64,000 nucleotides of DNA, taken from positions 22,459-86,458 of the forward strand of contig RDEW01000032.1 of NCBI GenBank assembly GCA_011109175.1, read 5' to 3'. How positions within the stretch are numbered: the stretch's first letter is position 1; each line of letters begins with the position of its first letter. A model generated the notes under the pieces. That model did no database searches, was not told where the DNA came from, and saw nothing but the letters and a program-made list of their open reading frames with translations. Source of the stretch: Dicyema japonicum (Eukaryota; Animalia; Dicyemida). The position numbers were made by a program, and so were the translations under genes. This document shows positions 26,290-36,941 of the stretch, in pieces.

Positions 26290-26780
26290 GTCCTGTGAAA
26301 CCTATGTCAATGATCAAGGTCTTTATTCCGTGTCGAAATAGCATTGAGTTTACGATTTTATAACGTAATCTCTTAACCAATCTGACACAACAGTTGGCAA
26401 TTAGTGCCATAATACAGATTGCTCAATACAGGCAGGACACAGTCTTTGTTGTAATTGTGTTGAAGAAGATTACGCTTGCAAAATTTTGCAACTTAAAAAG
26501 AGTATATTTCAAGATAAAAATGCGCAAGCAAGATCATAAGAAGTATTGTTAGTTATCCAATAGTACATTACAAGTTCCCACCTCAAAAAAGAGGTGGAGA
26601 AGTAGATTCGCCCTATTCCATTTTCATCAAACGTCCTTCCGTCAAAGACATCACTTCATTCTTTGGCGAAATAGTTTTCATAATGTACTATTCACCAGAG
26701 GATTTGGGCAGGGAGAAGGTAGGAAGATCACTTATACTATGTCGTTCCAGAAAGACTCGTCGCCTTATGGGTTGACGAGA
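26290..26780 (-). mobile_element. Degenerate RTE-like APE/RT-proximal fragments (related pieces at 34480-34800, 41380-41500, 49020-49250)
   Basis: Multi-copy GGATTTGG.CA.GGAGA..TAGGAAGATC block; the degraded translation resembles the pre-RT region. Confidence 0.5.
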
Positions 26781-26984
26781 ATTGACGTTAATTCAATATT
26801 TCATCTTTCAGAGTCGAAACCATATCATCATACGTTAAGTTCAGCCAGAAAGCCATTCTCCCATCTAGGATCTTCATTTCGTTGTGACCATGTAGTAATA
26901 ATCTGTATTAATACAAATCCAAAGCTACGAAAAATAAGTAAAAATAAGTTTATTAGAAAAAATGAGCGATTATGACACAATAAA

Positions 26985-29309
26985 TTAATCAGATTCCTCC
27001 TCAGCGGTCCTTAGCCAGTCAACAAACGGAAGAACAATCTGTTTTACTTTCGGATCAGTCACTTGTTCATACCAAGCTAAGACAGCTTCTTCATATACAA
27101 TATCAAGCTCATAAAGGATCATCAAAACACGTGGAAAACACGCGATCAAATCTTCATCAGAAGTAATGAAGTACTCCTACCATACAGCCAAAGCACAAAA
27201 CCAGGAGACCTCGCAGAGAATCCACCTGTGCATCGATTGTCTTTAAATAGAACTGCAAGACAGGGGCCATGTGCTGAAGGATTCGTTGAAATCGTTTTAT
27301 AGCCGTCTCAGTCTCAGACGGGAATCTCAAAAAGACCACAATAATGATCTCTTGTAACTGAGACGACGACAGAACGCACGTGAGTCTATTATAAAGCATA
27401 AAATTACTTTAATGAGTTCAACTCGAGTATGAGGTTGTCCACGGTGGGAGGTTTATTAGCAGCGTACCTTTTGATCGTCTCATGGGCTTCTGAAATGAAA
27501 TGAGAGACGTAATCTGCTATTTCACTTTCTTCCTCATCACTATGTTCACTTTCCTCGATTTGAATCCCCCATCGAGAGGATGACTTCAGCTCATCCCCAA
27601 AGTTTTTGTAAAAGTAAGCAAACTCAGAAATGCACACACTTTTCCCTGACCCTAACCTAAACCACGTAAATCAACCTGTATTCGAATCATTGGGGCAACT
27701 GACAACTCTTGTAGATGAAAGGGAACAGATGTCATTAAATTTTACGCCACGACCGAAGACCACTCCGGATGAGGTTGAAGAATTTGGAGGAATTTGAGAG
27801 TTAGTCCCGAAAATTGAGTCCGAGCAAATTGAGTGATGCCCAATATAACAATCGTCGTGAATAATACAATTTTTGAGTGTACTATTCTGGATAACCACAT
27901 TCGAGCCAATACAACAGTTTTCTAGCGAAGAGGAGTCGATTTTAGAATTTATGCCAATAATTGAGGACTTGATCCTCGATTTAATGTCAACGTTGGCTGT
28001 TTGATGTACAAATGTTTTATATTTCTTCAAGTAAATATAGCCGTTTAAATGGAGAGGTATGGTTTCATCCGTTAAACGAGCCATTGAATAAGTTCCCATT
28101 GAGTTTATTGGTAAAATATAATCGTCGGTTATATGGACATAAACGTTGTTGACATAACCTAAAATAAAAATTCATGAATGGTTAACAAAAAATAATAAAA
28201 TGTGTGGGAAAATAAATTTAATATGGAGATAAACTTGAAAATTCCCCACAACAGACAAATCTACTCATCTCAGCGAATGTCTGGTGTATAACTTCCCTGT
28301 TAGCCATCGCATCCTTCACTTGAAGGGACTGATGATAATAAATATAAAATATTAAGTAAATAGATAAAGGTGAATAAAGTATCAAAATTTAACTAAATAA
28401 ATTGTTTCAGTATAATAAACGTATAATGTTATTTAAGGTATAATTAAATTATTTTTATATGGTTAACCAAAAGTAATTCAATTGGCGGGCATAATAGTTC
28501 AAAAATTACAGCACCTGTTGGTTCTTGCAGTAATCATGCAAATAGTCATCAAGTGAGTGAAAGTCAAAGTTATCAACGAAAATTGTGAGAAACAGTGGAG
28601 AACAGATCGCCACGTTAGTTTGAACAACATTTACAAGCGAGGTCAAATCTCCATTCAGTTTATTATTTTCCGCAAGTCTAGATAGAATCTACGGATTAAA
28701 ACTAATCAAACCTCATGCATTTTAATAGCACGTGGCTTGCTGCCATAGTCGTAGTCAATTAGTAAATTCTTGTTATCAACTGTGAGATTAACAAAAGCTT
28801 GAATCTCTTGTAAACGTTTGTTCCAGTTTTGTAGAAAACTGTAGTTATAAAAGGATCTTTCTTGTTTTTGTGGTGTTTAAAGACTTCAGAAAAGTTTTAA
28901 TCTTGAGACTATCGGGTTTGAATAAGCAAAAAATGTCTGAAAACAAGTTCATAGCAAAAGCAAGCCTCAATACATCTCCAACACTCTTGCATTCTTCGTT
29001 AGTTATAAATCTAATTTTTAACTTGACAAATTTTGCCCGCGCATTACTAAAATAATATATTATTTACGGTTCACCAACGTAAATATTTTAAAATAGCTTC
29101 GTCTTCTAGACGAGAAAATATAGTGACCTCGTCAACGTCTGAACAATACAAATTCCCAAGAACAATATCCATTATAGGAACATTAGATACTGGTAATAGA
29201 CTCTAAAATATTACTTCTCTAAACCTCGTGTGTATCTATGTTTAATGGAGCCAATCGGTCATTAAATAAACAAGAAATATATAAAGCTTTAAAATTTTCC
29301 TTCTTCCAT
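26985..29309 (-). CDS. EIF2B5: Translation initiation factor eIF2B subunit epsilon (NT-like domain, left-handed beta-helix, W2), with 3 homopolymer frameshifts as assembled
   Basis: Motifs SLLPVSNVPIMD, SVGDVLR, VAICSP..IFVDNFDF, hexapeptide repeats, VDNLILELNSLK and PFVDWLRTAEEESD*. Introns of 22, 28, 23, about 356, 24, 22 and 25 nt. Confidence 0.92.
28198..28330 (-). ncRNA. Candidate intronic structured RNA (H/ACA-like) in the only long EIF2B5 intron
   Basis: GC-richer island with three stems (TCCCT/AGGGA, CAGACA/TGTCTG, GTGGGGAA/TTTCCCAC), followed directly by ACA-TTT. Confidence 0.3.
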
Positions 29310-29430
29310 CACATAAATTAAATAATCCACATGTCTTATATTAAAATATATTATTTTAATTTTTAATATTATTTTAAATTTTTTAATATAACGAGTTAAT
29401 GTTATTCTTCCTGTGTAATTAATTTTAGCG

Positions 29431-29497
29431 TGCGTCATGTGGTTCACCGTTTCTGTTGGCGTCGGATATAGTCCTAAACTATATCTAAAAAGAACCA
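29431..29497 (+). ncRNA. HDV-like ribozyme-type pseudoknot candidate at the LINE 5' end
   Basis: P1 GCGTC/GGCGT, P2 TGGTTC/GAACCA, P4 ATATAG/CTATAT and a C-T-A-A junction. P2 covaries with the homologues at 35755, 41584 and 56240. Confidence 0.55.
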
Positions 29498-32025
29498 TTT
29501 GCTCTCTACCAACCAGAGGACTTCCCACTGGACGGCATTCTCTCACTGTTGGAACATTCTATCGATTGAGACTGTTGACCTCAGGAGACGTGGAACAAAA
29601 CCCAGGCCCAAAGAAGTTAACAATCCAAAGCTTAAACATAAACGGGATCAGAGGAAAAATTGCCGAACTTTCCTTATTCTTGGAGAGGAACAGAGTGGAC
29701 ATCTGCCTTCTCCAGGAAACGAAACTTTCAAATAACATTCCTACTCCTCTCTTTAACGGATACAACACAGTAAGATCCGACCGCCCATCTGGCCAAGGAG
29801 GGGGTCTACTGACTCTTGTGAGAAAAGGAATAAAATACCTCGAGAACCCTTCTCTTTACAAGAGCTTAATGGAAGACTCGAACACGGAGATAATTGGAAT
29901 CTCTGTTATAACTTCCATTGGAAAAATTGAAATTGCGAATGTTTATGTTCCTCCTCCTGGCTCCTGCAAGAAAAATTTCTCCTTTGACCTATCTACCTTG
30001 GACAAACTGGAGAACTTGCTTTTATGTGGAGACCTGAATGCGAAGCACCCTTCTTGGTTCCGCTACCAATCCGCTGATAACAGAGGAAACCTGCTATTAT
30101 CCCAAATGCAAAACTTAATAATCATCAACAACCCGAAAAGAACACTAGGACACCATACAACACAAAGGACATGGTGACATCTCCGGACTTATCCGTCTGC
30201 TCACCTCGTCTTTCCCGATCATTAATTGGACGGTCCGTTATGACCTCCGGAGCGACCACCATTCAATGTTAATGAAGCTGAACTGCGAGCCACGCTTTGT
30301 ACCGAAGCCTATTCATTTCTATGATTACAAAAATGCAAATTGGACTGGCTTTACAAATTTCGTTGATTCAAATCTGCAACATTTCCAACCCTTAAATTTC
30401 TCCTCCATAGACAAAGCTGCTATTTCAACAAAACAATCATTGACGGAGAAATATTTTTATCAGAAAAGCATATATAAAAAACGAAAAATTGAAATACGAC
30501 TCAAAAACAAAGAAAATAATTATGGAAAGAAACTACCTTAAGAAAATGATACATCGTTCACGAGAGGTTATTAATCGAATCAGGTCACTAAACATTCTTA
30601 TCACGAAAAGCACAAACAACACCCAAAGGAAGAAACTCATGCGAATCTCTGCTGCCATGAATAATCAGACCTCAATTTCCAACATTTGGAAGATGTTGAG
30701 GCGTCTGAAGAACCCAGAATACGAAGATAACAAAGAACAATGCCAGCTCAATCTGAATAAATATATGAAACATTGTATTCGAATCAGTCACATTCCTTAT
30801 AAAAAGATTAACACACAAACGAAAATAAAGAGAAAGCCATCCAAATTTGCCCCGCTGATTTATTTTCTCCCTAAAGATGTATCCAAAGCAATATCAAATC
30901 AGAAAAAAACAAACTCATGTGGCCCAGACGGAATTCCTCTTATTCTGCTGAAACACTTGGGCCCAGCATCAATAAATGCATTAACAACATCTACAACACA
31001 TCGCTGAACATAAATACCATACCGACTTTATGGAAACTATCAAAAATTCGACCAATATTGAAGCCGGGAAGACCGAAGAACGATCCCGGCTCTTACAGAC
31101 CAGTTTCCCTTATATGTGTTTTGTCGAGGATCCTGGAGAAACTGGTCCTAAAAGTTATTCGCCCTTTTCTCCCACAACCTACATTCCAACATGGCTTCAA
31201 GGAAGGATTATCAACAACCTCCTTCCTAACAACATTAATGAAGTTCATAACTGAAGGACACAAGAACAAGCCAAAACAGGAAAAATCGGTCATATGTACG
31301 ATCGATATTCAAAAAGCTTTCGACTCTGTCCCAAGGAAGATCCTCATACGAAAAATATTTTTGACAAAAATTGATGCACCATTAAAGTTATGGTTAGCAA
31401 ATTTCGTAAGTGGACGCCGAGGGAAAGTATCCGTCGGAAACAAGAGTTCCAGATCGGGATTATTACCCAATGGTGTACCCCAAGGATCTCCTCTGTCACC
31501 AATCCTTTTTAATTTGTTTTTGAGTGATCTCCCGTACCTATGAATAATAATGACATGCTACTTTCTATGCCGATGACATAGTTGTCGCATCTAGAGACGT
31601 AAACGTCGAACATGCTAAGAAAGACTACAAGGAATACTAAATAACATATATGGATGGTTGTGCGAAAATCGATTAAATGCATGTTCCGAAAAGTCAGCAG
31701 TCACTCTATTTACTAAGAATAGAAAGATGGGAACGCAAACAATTGATGTCACGTTAAATGGAGTACCTATACCACAAAAGAAATCGCCGAAGATAATGGG
31801 AGTAACTTTTGATACTTTCCTCTGCTTCTCAGCCCATGTGGAATCTATCATATCAACCTGTGCAAAGAAGATCAATTTTGTAAAGGCCTTCCTTTGGAAC
31901 TGTGGAGGAATTTATCCGCCAGGTATCGGGACCCTCTACAAGCAGTATGTCGAGCCAACAATAGGCTATGCATGTGCTGCATGGGGATCTAACCTGTCGG
32001 CAACGAACCTAACAAAAATTCAAGA
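29431..32025 (+). mobile_element. Ingi/Vingi-like LINE with intact 5' end: pseudoknot head, leader ORF ending in 2A, APE, RT; 3'-truncated
   Basis: LLTSGDVEQNPGP followed by SLNINGI, LLQETK, GDLNAKH, YRPVSL, DIQKAFDSV, GVPQGSPLSP, YADD and PKIMGVTFD. Confidence 0.9.
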
Positions 32026-32199
32026 GATGATTTTTGGAAAAAAACTTTGTGAAATTTTAATCGAAGGTATTCCAATATTCGATTCAATAAACTTTAAAAT
32101 GACAATTCTTGTTTGTTTTATTATCGTGTATAGTTAAGTTTTATAAAAACAATAATAAACAATGAAAACGTGTTAATAAATTAAAATTATTTTAAATTA

Positions 32200-32331
32200 A
32201 GAGACATGGCGGATTCATTAAAAAAATCTGGAGGATTCGAGAATTTTTGTTACAAAAAATGGCGGATTAGAGAATTTATTAGTTATAATTGGCTGATTCG
32301 ATAATTGGCGGATTCGAGAGACTTTACTGTA
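32200..32331 (-). mobile_element. pogo-like DNA transposon end with subterminal TGGCGGATTCGAGA-type repeats
   Basis: The reverse strand reads TA-CAGTAAAGTCTCTCGAATCCGCC; about 6 degenerate motif copies within 130 bp. Confidence 0.55.
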
Positions 32332-33479
32332 TTATTGAGGAGTTTCTCCGAGGAAAGCACTTGCTTTAATCCAAGTATGCAAAGATGATGATTGAGGTCA
32401 AATCTCTATTACCTGAATTTTTTTATTATGCCTATGACAGTGTTTTTCGGGTTCATTAAAGTATATTCAATTAAGCACACTTTGAGGGAGTCCGAGAACG
32501 CCTGAATTTTCTCATTCTGACTATGACGGTGGTTTTCGGTTAATAAATTTAATTTAATCAAGATCTCTTAGTTTGTCTACAATACCAATACTGACCGATC
32601 TATGGGAGCGACAGTCATTTTCAGCGTCTTCTAAATGGCTGCTGGCTTCCTACAAGATAGTTAGATCGGGGTTACTTAATTAAGCACTCTCTATATATCA
32701 TGGTCATTACTCATGACAGGGCATATACAACCCAAGAACTTGTTATTCCCATGAACAAGGATGCTAAAGGGTAGGTCTGGAAGATAATTTTTGTATACAC
32801 GAAAAAAAGGTGTAAAAGCCAAATAATAAAGTTATCCCAGCTTCGAGCAATTCTCGGAATCTTGTTTACAGTTCCACTAGTAATCCCAATGTGAAGTATC
32901 TCCTTGAATTTCTACAGAAAACCTAGGTTGGAATGTCTTTCTTTAAAACTTAACGTGATTTTTCTGCATGATAACATGGCGATTTTTGTCAATAAAGTAA
33001 AAAATCGATATTTTCTTTAAAATTGTTTAAAACTTATAAAAATGTAGTTTTTAATCAAAAATATTATATTAATCAAAAGTTATAAAGTCAAAAAGTCAGA
33101 ATACCTTATTGGAATAATTTCTGATTCAAAGAAAATATTTTTAATATTTGTCGTCATTGTCTTCTCTTAGATTATTTGTCAGATAATTGACGATGTTCTA
33201 AACGATTTTGAGTTAGATCGCGAAGACGCTGTTGAACATTCAGATATTGCATTTCAGGGACGATTTATGTGGAATCGGGAAGTACTAGAATCAAGATTAT
33301 TTGTCAATCAAGTGCTTTCTATCACAAAAGTGGAAAAACAACATTTTTCTACATGTGTATGTATACAACTATCTGAAAAGTGTAATTCCACATCATTAGT
33401 TGAGATAAGTTTTTCTTTATTTGAAAAATTACTATCTTTTTTAAGATCATTTTTTATTCATTTTGGTCAAAAATAAGTT

Positions 33480-33560
33480 AGTTAGTTGCCGCTTTTACTG
33501 CGTGGCTGTTCGCTCTCAGAATTGCGAGTGAAATTCAATCAAAAAGCCAGCGGACCGAAA
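33480..33560 (-). mobile_element. CRE-clade 3' remnant
   Basis: Translates to WLF..ISLAILRANSHAVKAA. Confidence 0.6.
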
Positions 33561-34879
33561 TTTTAAAATTTATAACGTTTTGAATTACATTATTCTGTAT
33601 TTTAATAAAGATTTTAATTAGTTTTTTTTATATTAAACAAATTTTTTGTAGATTAATTTATCATAAAGTCAATTTTTAGGTCAAAATTTCCGATTTATAA
33701 AGTCAAAATAAAAATCAGTATAATGATAACTTTTACGCAAAGTTTGTTTCTTGGATTCCTTGCAGAAACGGAGGAAACCATGGAATTGTTTCTTATAAAT
33801 AATTATAAAAGATAATAACAATCGATTCTCATCGTGTAAGTGGAAAAGACGCACATTTTTTACGGATGAGGAAACTTGCAGATCTCCAAGTGAAACAGGC
33901 GTATTTGACAGTCGAAACTGACGAGGTTACCCATTAATCAATCATATAGAATCGGAGACTCAGGATTCCTATGGGACCTTGTTAGGAAGTAAGCGTGATA
34001 TTAAATCTGTTGTTAAATTGTTTTTTCAGATTATTAAGACCATCGTGTTCCTTTGTGTTATTAGTAGAGCATTTGGGGATTGATAACTATAATAACATAG
34101 TTTTTCCGTAGCCTTGGTGTCAACAAGCTTCTGGGACGTCTTCCATGAATATTTTTTTCTTATTTCAATCAGACATCTGTATTTCGACAAAGTTGTGTAA
34201 TACACTTTCACAATATGAAAACTTCATTTTTGAAGGGCTAAAAAATGGATTATTCGCAAAATCTTTTATAACTCTGACCTTTTTTTTACAAATATTAATA
34301 AATTAAAATTACCTCATCTCCAGTTTTAAATGAATATTTGCATTGATGTACACACATTTATTATTCATTTTCTTAAAATTTGCTGAATACAATTTTTAAA
34401 AATATGTTGTATTAATTTCATGATTACTGTTTTTTTTCACATAAGATGTTGTTATTATTATTAACCCCATTGATAGCCCAGCACAAACTGTCATAACTAA
34501 TTAATCCAAGGAAGGAACCAATGGGAGAACATCTGATTGTGCTGACCAAATCCATCTTTCAATACTTCATTACAAGCTTTCCGCTTCAAAAGAGAGGTGG
34601 GGAAGTAGGTCCACCTTCTTCCATTTCGTCGCACGTTCTACCGTCGCGAACATCACTTCATTCTTCAGCGGAATAGTTTTTTCATAATGTAATCTTCAAC
34701 AGAGGATTTGGTCAGGGAGAGATAGGAAGATCCCTTTCAACTACTGTATTGTGCCAGAAGGACTCGTCGCCTCATGGGTGGGATCTGTTTGACAAGAATT
34801 GACCTTCGCTGAAAACTCCATTTTCCGGATTAGAACCCACGACCTTCAGATCCGGACGTTGAAGCGATCACATAATGCT

Positions 34880-35520
34880 ATTGCATGGGAAATTTTAAAA
34901 TCTTTCCTATTATCCGATTGTTAGATTCGGCTGGTACATAATCCAATCCAAAGAGATTTCTTTGAGTTTTATCTACTATATTTTTCATATTTTTTGTGAA
35001 TGCATATTTTGGATATATATCAATTACAGTGAGAAGTCATTTGAAAGATTCATTGTTTTCATTAAACCTTGAATTTATTTAATAACAAAGTCTTATCTTT
35101 TTAGATCAACCAGGTATATTTGAAGTCTTTCACTCAGCTGAGAAGCTATAATGTGATTTTCAGGATCCATTTGCTTCAGTGGTGTTGAAAAACGACAAGT
35201 GTTCACGTTCTAACACCAATAATTTCTTTTTCCACGAAAAATACCTTTATTGCAATACGGTTCCAATGTATTGCGTCCACAATGGGTCAATTGATAAATT
35301 TCCATAACCATTAATTCCATCTCTTCATGATTATCAGAGATGACAACTTTGTGGTTTTCATTAGTGTCTTTAAGATATAACCTCTCATTGATAGATAGAA
35401 AATTCTTTGACTTTTGAGTTACTCGTTATCGTTAATTTTTTTGTTTTACCATTAGATCTATCCCTTTTTCTTCCAATATTTGATTTATATCATGATATTA
35501 CTGGGTTGTTTTGACACGAC
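34880..35520 (-). mobile_element. Degenerate Ginger-type integrase, N-terminal zinc-binding and core region
   Basis: Motifs THCGRNTLE, ERLQIYLVDL and QSDNRKDFK. Confidence 0.65.
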
Positions 35521-35750
35521 AATGAGCCAACAACATACTTTATAAAGCACGCCTGTATTATACTATTTAAAATTTTAAAAACTGTTGCGCTTCCAAAAAT
35601 ATTTAAATTAGAATTTTTAATTTTAAATATAATAAATAAATAAAACATGTTTAAAATTTTATAAAAAAATGTTGGCCCATGTGGTGCTACGTGGCTAATT
35701 GGTTAAAGTTTTATGCTTGTTTTGTTTGTTCCTTCCCTTTTTTCCTATTA

Positions 35751-36110
35751 GAGTGGCGTCATGTGATCCATCTGTCTAGGTGGCGCCCAGTTCCAAGCCG
35801 GTACGAAAAAGGATAATTTGCTTTCCCTCACTCCACTGGAGGGATTTCCACAACTGCAATTAATGGACGTCTTTTCCCTTTTATGCTAATTCCAGATGGA
35901 ATCTATTTCTGTAGAAGTGGAATCTGGATACATTTAATTAACTGTTCACTTATGTATGAAATTCTAAATTCAACCATTGGGTAACGCGTAGCGCCTGTGA
36001 CATAATACTTGTTACATCTATTCCGGTCCGAATAAAAAGAGATCTCTAAGCCTTTGTGAAAATAATGTTTCCTTAGTTCAAAACCTCATGTTTCCAATGT
36101 CTTCCAAGTC
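35751..36110 (+). mobile_element. Short non-autonomous element with Ingi/Vingi-type structured head
   Basis: Head homologous to the 29431 LINE 5' end; the body aligns with 41581-41960 over about 370 bp. Confidence 0.65.
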
Positions 36111-36311
36111 CGTCATTTAATTAATTTGCTTTTAGGAAGAAAAAAATATTTCATCCCTCATAAATAGGGGTGATAAAATTAAATTTTAATATTTTATGTT
36201 ACCGTCCGTACCTGGAACTCCACAAGAACCAATCAAAACAAAAATTAGTTTTCAGGATAAATTTATTTTCGACCCCAAATATTTCATTTTTGATCACCTG
36301 GATTGATTTTA

Positions 36312-36352
36312 GACCCCTGGGGGTCGAATCGACCCCAGGTTGAGAACCTCTG
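36312..36352 (+). mobile_element. hAT/Charlie-like right end
   Basis: GGGGTCGAATCGACCCCAGGTTGAGAACCTCTG followed by ATTTATAT (fits nTnTAnAn). Confidence 0.55.
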
Positions 36353-36429
36353 ATTTATATGATGATATATAAGTTAAATCAATTTCCTAAAAAATGGTTA
36401 TCATCCGTTTCTTCTAGTGATGGAACTCT

Positions 36430-36770
36430 GGGAAAATATCAATCCAGTCTGGGAGATGTTGTATTCAGCAACAATATTACCAATCACTAGACCACCAAAC
36501 ATGCTCTTTTTAAGATATTTAATGGAGTGGATTATCCGCCAGAAATATCTGATGAACGCCTAAATAGATTACTACAGTATGAAGAAGATGAAGACCTATC
36601 TTTGTCACTAAATTCTGCACGAAGGCATACTTTGGAAGCTGCAGAAAAAATGCGAAAAAATAGAAGATGAAAAATGAAGAATCGCTGAATGTAGGAGACA
36701 GAGTCATTCTACGAATGGACTGTGACTACAATCAAACAACGTAAAAAGGTCAATTATATGAGCACATGGA
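36430..36770 (+). mobile_element. Ginger-type integrase C-terminal fragment
   Basis: LNVGDRVILRMDCDYNQ parallels GDHVRIEIDFDNN at about 7750. Confidence 0.45.
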
Positions 36771-36941
36771 CACTACAGTTTAACTAGTAGTGGATTTACA
36801 AGGCACTATGGTCCACACAGATGGTGGCCACTCGGAAATAATGATTGTCCACCAAATCCGAGTTAGAACATTATTTTAAATGACTTTCCATTCAAAAAAT
36901 ATTTTTTAATCTTATTGGCTTAATGTGCAGATTAAATTAAA

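Noticed and set aside
27645-27665. Telomere-like CCCTAACCTAA
   Set aside because: Only about two units, overlapping an EIF2B5 intron/exon junction; a chance match.
5935-29309. Ciliate or microsporidian origin suggested by tiny introns and AT-richness
   Set aside because: TAA/TAG/TGA act as stops and Trp/Cys use standard codons. An mL37 mitoribosomal protein and adhesion GPCRs argue for an animal with mitochondria.
32200-32330. Short spaced repeats resembling a CRISPR array
   Set aside because: The repeats are only about 14 nt, degenerate, with irregular short spacers, in a eukaryotic context with no cas genes, and they end in a pogo-like TIR plus TA.
33900-34010. GIPMG motif suggesting a Penelope-like RT (repeat also at about 42980)
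   Set aside because: It is a five-residue match with no other RT or GIY-YIG motifs in frame, which is too weak to call.
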